A stretch of DNA of 64,000 nucleotides from the NCBI GenBank assembly GCA_039630055.1, contig JBCNVN010000004.1:11076-75075 (forward strand). The letters are read 5' to 3'. The translations under genes were made by a program, and so were the position numbers. Source of the DNA: Candidatus Caldarchaeales archaeon (GTDB taxonomy: Archaea; Thermoproteota; Nitrososphaeria_A; Caldarchaeales; Wolframiiraptoraceae). Shown piece by piece: positions 27,078-34,836 of the stretch. Under the pieces are notes generated by a model. The model was not told the DNA's origin and ran no database searches. It was given only the letters and a program-made list of their open reading frames with translations. The first letter of the stretch is position 1. The number at the start of each line of letters is the position of its first letter.

Positions 27078-27637
27078 CTTCTAGCTCTATATACTATCTC
27101 TGAGAAATCTTTCCTCTTTAAGAGATATAGTATTACTGCTATCTTCAGCCCGTCTCCTGGAAGAAATATTAACGCACCCATCGTTATCCCTCTACTTATT
27201 GCATCAGACAATACTATTCCAGAGAAATTTGATAACCAGAAGATCAACCATGGAACACCAAGTCCATATATAACCAATTCAGCGATGATACAAGCGGTCA
27301 ATGCCTTGATAATCCGCTTATCACTCATCGGATCATAAAGTATACCTGTGATAGCTGCTGCTATTGGAAAAGATATTAGATATCCCGTAGTTGGACCTAA
27401 AAATGTTGTGAAACCTCCTCTAAAACCTGCGAAGACAGGTAGGCCTGCTAAACCCATACCAAGATATATCATCTGGGATAGAAATCCAGTCTTGTATCCT
27501 CCAACTATCCCGGAAAGCATTATGAATAATGTCTGGAGGGTTATGGGAACTGGACCGATATAGAAAGCTATCTGGGCTCCGAGGAATGTAAAGACTGCAA
27601 AGATGCTTGATAAAACGATTAGACGGGTTTTAATCAT
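27074..27637 (-). CDS. bioY: Biotin transporter BioY
   Basis: 187-aa six-TM-like protein with VPITLQTLFIMLSG and GPTTGYL motifs. Confidence 0.8.
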   Translation of the reverse strand: MIKTRLIVLSSIFAVFTFLGAQIAFYIGPVPITLQTLFIMLSGIVGGYKTGFLSQMIYLGMGLAGLPVFAGFRGGFTTFLGPTTGYLISFPIAAAITGILYDPMSDKRIIKALTACIIAELVIYGLGVPWLIFWLSNFSGIVLSDAISRGITMGALIFLPGDGLKIAVILYLLKRKDFSEIVYRARS

Positions 27638-27653
27638 AGTTAAAAAAGGATGA

Positions 27654-28124
27654 TTATTTTTCTTTTTTAGCGACGCTCAATATTGCATCTATTATCGGTT
27701 TGTATCCTGTACATCTACAGAGAAGACCATTCAAGGCTTCTACAACTTCTTCTCTTGATGGTTTTGGATTATGATTGATGAGCCAGTGACCTACTATCAA
27801 GAACGCTGGTGTACAGAATCCGCATTGTAGTGCTCCATGCTCTATGAATGCTCTCTGTAATGGTGTTAGCTCACCATCCCTAGCCAAACCCTCAACGGTA
27901 ACAATCTCAGAACCATCAACCTCAACAGCAAGAACAAGACAAGACTTTACAGGCTCACCATCCAATAAAACTGTACATAGTCCGCAATCCCCTCTTTCGC
28001 ATGCTTTCTTCGTTCCTTTCAATTTAAGCCCATCCCTAATCAACCATAAGAGTGTCTTATTTGATTCTACTTCAAAGGTCTTCTCCACCCCATTTATCTT
28101 GAAGCTTATCCTTCTTTTCTCCAA
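27654..28124 (-). CDS. Mo-hydroxylase [2Fe-2S]-binding small subunit (copy 2)
   Basis: Fe-S motifs CERGDCGLCTV and QCGFCTPAF...CRCTGY. Confidence 0.9.
   Translation of the reverse strand: MEKRRISFKINGVEKTFEVESNKTLLWLIRDGLKLKGTKKACERGDCGLCTVLLDGEPVKSCLVLAVEVDGSEIVTVEGLARDGELTPLQRAFIEHGALQCGFCTPAFLIVGHWLINHNPKPSREEVVEALNGLLCRCTGYKPIIDAILSVAKKEK
27800..27950. repeat. 151-bp segment 100% identical, in inverted orientation, to 15122..15272 (copy B)
   Basis: Same hand alignment as copy A. Both copies encode KSCLVLAVEVDGSEIVTVEGLARDGELTPLQRAFIEHGALQCGFCTPAF. Confidence 0.95.
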
Positions 28125-28985
28125 CTAGACCACCTCCATAATCTCTTTCAACAATCTTCTCGTCAAGACTCTCACAAGGTTCAACCTATACTCTGCACTT
28201 CCTCTAACATCTGATATAGGTGAGACCCTTTCTGAAGCGGCCTGAACTGCTCTTTCTATCTTATCCTCCAATGTTCCCGGTTTTGCGAAAGCTTGTTCTG
28301 CTTCCCTAACCCTGAGAGGTGTCGGGGCCACACTAGCGTATGCTAGCCGGATCCTTATATCACCATCTTCCCTGTATCCCAATCCAGCTACTCCGACAAC
28401 GGCTAGATCTTCACTCCAAACCCTCATCATCTTCAAGTATCTTCCATAGTACTTTCGAGGTGGCTCAGGTATGAATACTTCCTTCACTATCTCCCATGGT
28501 TTTAACACAGTCTTCTTAACTCCTGTAAAGAAGTTTTCTAGAGGTATCTCTCGAGAATTTTCTCTACTTATGATTCTTACTTTTGCATCTAAGACTAGAA
28601 GTGAGGGTGAACTATCTCCTGCAGGGCTAGCAGTGCATATATTTCCGACGAGAGTTGCTCTATTTCTTAAGATCACATCACCGATGGTTTTCACAGCTTC
28701 CCATAAGACTGGATATTTATTCTTGACGACCTGAGACTCTAGTATCTTCTTAAAAGTAACTGTGGCACCAATCGTTAATCCTTCTCCCTCTTTATAATCA
28801 AGTTTATTTAATTCTTTGATCTTCTTGATGTCGATTATGTGTTTAGCCTTCTCTAGTCTCTCCCTCAATGATACGATCAAGTCAGTGCCACCAGCAAGAA
28901 TCTTCGCATCATCTGCATATCTCTCAAGAATCTCGAACAACTCTTCAAGAGTTCGTGGAGAAAAATAACTAAATCTTGGAAGCAT
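28125..28985 (-). CDS. Mo-hydroxylase FAD-binding medium subunit (copy 2)
   Basis: Motifs AKILAGGTDLIVSLRERL and RNRATLVGNICTASPAGD. Confidence 0.9.
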   Translation of the reverse strand: MLPRFSYFSPRTLEELFEILERYADDAKILAGGTDLIVSLRERLEKAKHIIDIKKIKELNKLDYKEGEGLTIGATVTFKKILESQVVKNKYPVLWEAVKTIGDVILRNRATLVGNICTASPAGDSSPSLLVLDAKVRIISRENSREIPLENFFTGVKKTVLKPWEIVKEVFIPEPPRKYYGRYLKMMRVWSEDLAVVGVAGLGYREDGDIRIRLAYASVAPTPLRVREAEQAFAKPGTLEDKIERAVQAASERVSPISDVRGSAEYRLNLVRVLTRRLLKEIMEVV

Positions 28986-28991
28986 CTTTTC

Positions 28992-31310
28992 TCACCTCTT
29001 CTTATTTATTGCTTTCCATATATTCTCGAAACTTATCGGTAGATTATTGATATTGACCCCCGTTGCGTGGAAGATTGCATTGGCGACAGCGGTCGGGACA
29101 GATAACATGGATAGTTCTCCAACCCCTCTAGCTCCATAAGGACCATCGCTTTGAGGATTCTCTATAACTACGATCTGGTGTTCTTCAGGAATATCTCCAG
29201 CTCTTGCAATCTTATAGTCTGTAAGATTAGGGTTTAACATCTTCCCATTTCCATCATATTTATACTCTTCCCAAATACCTAGACTGAGAGATTGAATGCA
29301 TCCTCCGATTATCTGCCCTTCAACTAGAAGTGGATTGATGGCTTTTCCTACATCGAATGCGGATACTAGTTTTAGGATCTTTACCTCACCTGTCTCGATA
29401 TCGAGTTCGATCTCTACAGCTTGTGCTCCGAAAGTCCACTTGAGAGCAGGATATCCTTGCCCTGTCTCCGGGTCGAGATATGATAGTCTACTTCCTACAT
29501 AGTATCCACGTCCAATCAGTGGACCTCCAATGGTATTTCCATTTGGATATACATATCCAGCCGCTATATCTTTTAATTGTAGGCTCCACTCAGGTCTACC
29601 CTTAACCATTATTTTCTCATCTTCTATGACTAGGTCATCTTTAGGAACTCTAAGTACCTGGGAAGCTACCTCTAATATCTGTTCTTTAATATCTCTTGCA
29701 GCTCTAATAACCGCTCTCCCCTCCATGAATAAGTTCCTGCTAGCTACCGTCTGCCAAGAATATGGTGTCACATCTGTATGCCTAAATGGTACAACTTTTA
29801 TCTTCTCTACTGGAACGTTCAACTCTTCTGCAGCCATCTGAGCGAGAGCGGTAACCGTTCCCTGACCTATCTCGGTAACCCCGACAGAGATCAAGAAGGT
29901 TCCATCTTCATTTAATTTTATTATAGCAGAGGATGCAGCATTAGGAGGCATCGCAGGAGCCTTCCAAAGTGCAGCAACACCCTTCGCTCTCAGCTTATTT
30001 CCGCCAACTGATACTGGGCGGGTTCCCCATCCAATCTTATCAGCCACTGCTCTAATACACTGGTCTATCCTACCAGCGTCTTCTCTTAACCTCTCTCCAG
30101 TAGGCGTTGTTAGACCGGGTAGAAGAGCATTCTTTAATCTAAATTCAACCGGATCCATACCTATCTCTGCTGCTATGATCTCTATCTGTCTTTCAATAGC
30201 CCATAGGAACTCAAAGTGTCCGAAACCTCTAAACGCTGTACCCCATGGATGGTTAGTATACACCGTTAAGGATTCGGCTTCTAGATTAGGTACGAAGTAT
30301 GGTCCAGTACATGAATATCCTGCAGCTCTAGCTATGTTCACTCCATAATCTGCATAGGCTCCTGCATCGAATATGTAAAGTATCTTTTCAGCCATGATCT
30401 TTCCATCTCTGGTTACACCCGTTTTTATTCTTCCATAGAATCCCTGTCTAACTGGAGCCGTCATAAACTGCTCCTCACGTGTTAACTCAAGCATCACAGG
30501 TCTGTACCCTGCTTTCTTGGATAGGAGAACTACAAGCGGTTCAAAGTTTATTCCTGCCTTTCCTCCAAAACCTCCTCCAACATAGGGAACATAAACAGAT
30601 ATCTTATGTAATGGTATTCCGAGCGAGTAGCCCAGTATGTACCTAATGGCGAAAGGGCTCTGAGCAGATGTCCATATCTTGATGCTTCCATCTTTTAGAT
30701 ATTGACCTATGCAGACATGGGGTTCCATTGGAACATGGGAGACCTGAGGCATAAGAAACTCGTTCTCAACTATTACCTCACTCTCTCTAAAGCCTTCATC
30801 TAAGTTCCCCTTCTTCACTATAAATCTATTAGCTATGTTTGTCCCTGGAATAGGGTTGAAGGCTGGAGAATGAGCATACTCTCCTAGTTCTTCATGAACT
30901 AGAGGAGAGTCAGGCTTTAATGCATCCCTTACATCTAATACAGGTTTCAGCGGATCATATTCTACCTTTATCTGCATAACGGCTTCCTCTGCTGTCTCCA
31001 GATCCTCAGCGACAACTGCTGCGACAGGTTCACCAACCCATCTAACCTTTTTCTTCGCCAAGATATTTCTATCATTTACATATAACCCTACTCGGAATGG
31101 GAAGTCTTCACCGGTGGCAATGGTTACAACGTTTGGCATCTTCAAAGCATTACTGAAATCTATTGATTTGATCCTTGCATGGGCGTATGGGCTTAAAAGC
31201 AACTTTGCATACAGCATTCCCGGAAGCTCGATATCTCCAGTGTACTCAGCTGAACCAGTAATTTTTTCTATCGCATCTATTCTTTGAATAGGTTTGCCAA
31301 CATACTTCAC
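28992..31310 (-). CDS. Xanthine dehydrogenase-family molybdopterin-binding large subunit (copy 2)
   Basis: 772 aa with YVGGGFGGKAG, GTAFRGFGHFE and GPYGARGVGE. It is roughly 55-60% identical to copy 1 by eye. Confidence 0.9.
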   Translation of the reverse strand: MKYVGKPIQRIDAIEKITGSAEYTGDIELPGMLYAKLLLSPYAHARIKSIDFSNALKMPNVVTIATGEDFPFRVGLYVNDRNILAKKKVRWVGEPVAAVVAEDLETAEEAVMQIKVEYDPLKPVLDVRDALKPDSPLVHEELGEYAHSPAFNPIPGTNIANRFIVKKGNLDEGFRESEVIVENEFLMPQVSHVPMEPHVCIGQYLKDGSIKIWTSAQSPFAIRYILGYSLGIPLHKISVYVPYVGGGFGGKAGINFEPLVVLLSKKAGYRPVMLELTREEQFMTAPVRQGFYGRIKTGVTRDGKIMAEKILYIFDAGAYADYGVNIARAAGYSCTGPYFVPNLEAESLTVYTNHPWGTAFRGFGHFEFLWAIERQIEIIAAEIGMDPVEFRLKNALLPGLTTPTGERLREDAGRIDQCIRAVADKIGWGTRPVSVGGNKLRAKGVAALWKAPAMPPNAASSAIIKLNEDGTFLISVGVTEIGQGTVTALAQMAAEELNVPVEKIKVVPFRHTDVTPYSWQTVASRNLFMEGRAVIRAARDIKEQILEVASQVLRVPKDDLVIEDEKIMVKGRPEWSLQLKDIAAGYVYPNGNTIGGPLIGRGYYVGSRLSYLDPETGQGYPALKWTFGAQAVEIELDIETGEVKILKLVSAFDVGKAINPLLVEGQIIGGCIQSLSLGIWEEYKYDGNGKMLNPNLTDYKIARAGDIPEEHQIVVIENPQSDGPYGARGVGELSMLSVPTAVANAIFHATGVNINNLPISFENIWKAINKKR

Positions 31311-31425
31311 TTATCATCACCCTCCTAATAATTTTTTACATCTTCAAATCTCTAAACCTCAATATATCTCTTCACTCTCCATATTTTATCGAAAAATAAT
31401 TATAGGGTAGGATAAGATTGAGGTT

Positions 31426-32166
31426 TCAGAATTCTATCTCGAATGTTGAAGTCGGTTTTAGAGGTATAGTCTTATTGAGCAAATCTTGGGGAACAGGTCT
31501 TTCACCCATAAGACCACGTTCTAGTAGAGATGGTTTAACAGACTTGTTCCACTGTTCTTTTGTTATATAGTATACTCTTGCTCCTCCAAGCTCATGTTGT
31601 ACTTCGGGCCATGGCTTTGTTACATGTTGAAGTCTAAAGCCCATTCTAAAGCCGAAGGGACTTTCAAAAGTGGCCCACCATTCATTTACGCCAACTATAT
31701 CGAATGCATGCTCTACCTTTGCTGCATAGAGAAATATCCCAAGCCTCTCGGCACGTTTAAAGACTATCGTATGGAGGCTTATACAGATATTCTCATTATA
31801 GTATCGATGGTTGACGAGCCCCATCAATTCTCCATCTTTATTAGTTGCTACTATCACGTATCCATCCTTTAACCTATTCTGTGACCATGCCAATATCTCT
31901 GAATAAGTTCTTACGGCGACGAGGTGGTAAAAGTCTTTATCGTATTTGTGGTCGACCAATTGTTTCAGAGTTTGGAGCATAGCTGGTGCCTCATCTTTAG
32001 TTGCAGGTCGAACAATTATCGGCTCGCCACTTTTCAATCTATATATCTTGGGTGGGAAGGGTTTCTGGAATCTTTCATCGGGTGGAGCACCTCTTAGAAA
32101 TTCTTCAATCTCATCTACTCCAAACTTAAATTCTTCGAAAGAGATAGGTACAACTGGCTTAACCAT
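31426..32166 (-). CDS. Hypothetical protein, possibly GNAT-fold
   Basis: 246-aa ORF with no clear catalytic motif. A GNAT-like beta-alpha pattern (GYVIVATNKDGELMGLV...FKRAERLGI) is only suggestive. Confidence 0.3.
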   Translation of the reverse strand: MVKPVVPISFEEFKFGVDEIEEFLRGAPPDERFQKPFPPKIYRLKSGEPIIVRPATKDEAPAMLQTLKQLVDHKYDKDFYHLVAVRTYSEILAWSQNRLKDGYVIVATNKDGELMGLVNHRYYNENICISLHTIVFKRAERLGIFLYAAKVEHAFDIVGVNEWWATFESPFGFRMGFRLQHVTKPWPEVQHELGGARVYYITKEQWNKSVKPSLLERGLMGERPVPQDLLNKTIPLKPTSTFEIEF

Positions 32167-32284
32167 GTTTAAAACTAGTTATCGTGGAGAATAAATACCT
32201 TCTTCAGAATATTCTTCCAAGATTTATATTCTTCTAGATCTTCGAAGATGCTTATATCCATCCAATTACAAGATCCATACTGGA

Positions 32285-33448
32285 ATGAGAATATTCAAAG
32301 ATGAAGAGAAGCTTTCTCCAGAATATGTTCCACAAGAACTTCCACATCGTGAGAGTGAGCTAAGTATGTTGAGAACATTCTTTAGTAGTGTTATTTCGGG
32401 AAGCCCATCGATATCGATTAGGCTGATAATTACGGGTTCGGTAGGAACTGGTAAAAGCGCTCTGGCCAAATTATTCGGGCAAAGAGCGGTCTCTGAAGCA
32501 TCAAGAAAAGGGATAGACTTAAAATTTCTTTACGTGAACTGTAGAATAAGCAAGACGACATTCTCTGTCTTGAGAAAACTAATAGAACAGCTTAAAGCTA
32601 GGCTACCTGAGAGAGGTCTATCTAATGAAGAACTCATCCACAGATTTCTAGATTATCTAGAATACAAGGGATTCTATGCTATAATAGCATTAGATGAAGT
32701 CGAGACACTTTTAAGAGAGGAAGGATCTGAACCATTCTATCTCTTTTCTAGGATCGGAGAGGAGAGAATGAAGACCCCCAGAATCTCAACGATATTCATA
32801 ATGAGAAGTCTAGATGTACTAGATATGCTGGACCAGAGTACTAGAAGCAGTCTTCTTGGAAATATAATATATCTTAAGGAATATGATTACGATCAGCTGT
32901 ATGATATTGTAAAGTATAGAGCGAGTTTAGCTTTTAGACCTGATGCAATAGAAGAAGATTCGTTAAGCTTGATCGCAGAGCTAAGCAGCGAGAGAGGGGA
33001 TGCTAGGTATGCTCTAGACATACTGTGGAGGGCTGGAAAGTTCGCAGAGGCGGAAGGCTTAACAACAGTAGAGCCGGAGCATGTTAGGAAGGCTGCTGCA
33101 AGCGTTTACCCAACAATAAGAAGAGAACATTTAGAATATCTTGAATATGATTCAAAATTAATCTTGCTTGCATTAGCTAATGCATTAGATGCGGAGAAAT
33201 CTGGATACGTTACTTCTAGTACTTTGAATGAATATTATAGAATCGTCTGTGAAGAATATAGTGTGGAACCCAAGTCTTATACAAGTTTTTGGGGAGCGCT
33301 TCAACGACTTGACGATCTAGGAATAATTAGGATAAGGGTGGTCAGCGAGGGCTCGAAAGGAAGAAGATCATACATTTCTCTACTAGGCATACCGACATCT
33401 ATATTGAGGAAAGAGCTAGAACCTTTAATACAAAGAAATCGGACGTAG
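32285..33448 (+). CDS. cdc6: Orc1/Cdc6 replication initiator
   Basis: PQELPHRESELSMLRTFF, Walker A GSVGTGKSA, Walker B IIALDEVE and a C-terminal winged helix (KGRRSYISL). Confidence 0.9.
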   Translation: MRIFKDEEKLSPEYVPQELPHRESELSMLRTFFSSVISGSPSISIRLIITGSVGTGKSALAKLFGQRAVSEASRKGIDLKFLYVNCRISKTTFSVLRKLIEQLKARLPERGLSNEELIHRFLDYLEYKGFYAIIALDEVETLLREEGSEPFYLFSRIGEERMKTPRISTIFIMRSLDVLDMLDQSTRSSLLGNIIYLKEYDYDQLYDIVKYRASLAFRPDAIEEDSLSLIAELSSERGDARYALDILWRAGKFAEAEGLTTVEPEHVRKAAASVYPTIRREHLEYLEYDSKLILLALANALDAEKSGYVTSSTLNEYYRIVCEEYSVEPKSYTSFWGALQRLDDLGIIRIRVVSEGSKGRRSYISLLGIPTSILRKELEPLIQRNRT

Positions 33449-33493
33449 ACTCGATAATATTCATAAAAATATTTCACGAAAAAATAAGGTAAG

Positions 33494-34819
33494 CTAGGAT
33501 TTTTTCATATTACTGGTAGATCTCTTCTTCTTAACCTTTCCATTAGCTACTTTTTCTAGCTCCTCTTCTACTCCCCCACCCTCTTTTACATTCAAATAAT
33601 TCTTTTTCAAGTATTCTACTTCTTCATCTGTTAGTTCAAAGTATTCTATTAATTTTATTTTAGACCCACGTGCATGAGAGATTATTATCCCGACGTATGG
33701 TAGCATGAATCTAGAGGCCTTGTATGATGAAAGATGTAGTTTTGAAGCTATCTTAAAAGCAATTCTATCTCTAATCTCTCTCTCCTCTCTGTATTGTTGT
33801 AGAAATCTAATCTTATGGGGAAAACTAAATTTCTGAAAACCTTTAGAAGGTGTTTTTCTAGCTACTACGATCCCCCCAGTCATCAGAGGTATAGCATATC
33901 TCATCAACCTCCACATCTGAAGCTTGTTTATACGCTTAAAGTATAAGTCAGCTCTTGACATTAGGTCATAAGCTTCAGCTAGCTCTTCTATTTCAGTTAT
34001 CTGTGTTGGTATGTTATCCAGAACCCAAGTATATAGTGCTTCTGGATCAATTTCCAATCCTTCAAGAGCAGCTCTAGCTCCTCTAATAGATTTTGAGTAG
34101 AAGATTATTCTTAAGGCTTCGAAGATCTCTCTAACTCTATCTCTTTCCCCTAAGACCTTTAGATCATTCTCTGTTATGATTTTTTTACCGGACGATACTG
34201 CTTGTAAGTCCATTATAGCTGATCTGAGATCTCCTTTAGCTCCTTCAGCTATCTTGTCTATAACATCTTCTGAGACTTCTATTCCTTCTCTCTCACATAT
34301 CTCTCTCAACCTTTTCGAGATTGTAGTTTTATTTAACCTCTTAAACTCAATCATGAGAGATAATTCTCTGATCTGTGAAAGCTTCTGGTCCCATGGATTG
34401 TTAGCGATCAATACTAAGGGGACTTTACTCTCACTGATTATTTTCTTTAATGCTGCTATTCCTCCAGCATCCTCTCTTCCAGCTACACCATCAACTTCAT
34501 CTACTAAGATAAGTCTCTTCGCATGGCCTTCTAAAGTAGCATACTGAGAAGATTCGCCGACCACCATCTTCATCTTCTCTTCATTCCTCCAGTCGCTCGC
34601 ATTCACTTCAACCACATCGTATCCATGCTCTCTCCCATAGGCCAGGACTAGACTAGTCTTTCCGACTCCTGCTGGACCGTATAGGAGAGCAGCCTTTTTA
34701 GTAGGTTTACCTCTCTCCCAGCTTCTAATCCACTCTAAGAATTCTTCTATAGACTCTCTATTACCTACTACCTCGCTCACCTTTCTAGGCCTATATTTCT
34801 CAACCCAAAGTTGATCCAT
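33494..34819 (-). CDS. rfcL: Replication factor C large subunit
   Basis: MDQLWVEKYRPRKVSEVVGN, LLYGPAGVGKTS and LILVDEVDG, with a basic C-terminal tail. The track ORF starts at a TTG at 34834. I prefer the ATG at 34819, which is preceded by GGAAGGAAG. Confidence 0.9.
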   Translation of the reverse strand: MDQLWVEKYRPRKVSEVVGNRESIEEFLEWIRSWERGKPTKKAALLYGPAGVGKTSLVLAYGREHGYDVVEVNASDWRNEEKMKMVVGESSQYATLEGHAKRLILVDEVDGVAGREDAGGIAALKKIISESKVPLVLIANNPWDQKLSQIRELSLMIEFKRLNKTTISKRLREICEREGIEVSEDVIDKIAEGAKGDLRSAIMDLQAVSSGKKIITENDLKVLGERDRVREIFEALRIIFYSKSIRGARAALEGLEIDPEALYTWVLDNIPTQITEIEELAEAYDLMSRADLYFKRINKLQMWRLMRYAIPLMTGGIVVARKTPSKGFQKFSFPHKIRFLQQYREEREIRDRIAFKIASKLHLSSYKASRFMLPYVGIIISHARGSKIKLIEYFELTDEEVEYLKKNYLNVKEGGGVEEELEKVANGKVKKKRSTSNMKKS

Positions 34820-34836
34820 TTTCTTCCTTCCCAACG

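Noticed and set aside
32269-32280. An ORB-like element (TTCCAGTATGGA on the minus strand) next to the cdc6 start codon.
   Set aside because: It is a single imperfect copy a few nt upstream of the cdc6 start codon. I found no repeated or inverted partners, which is not enough to call an origin. I report it only as a weak lead.
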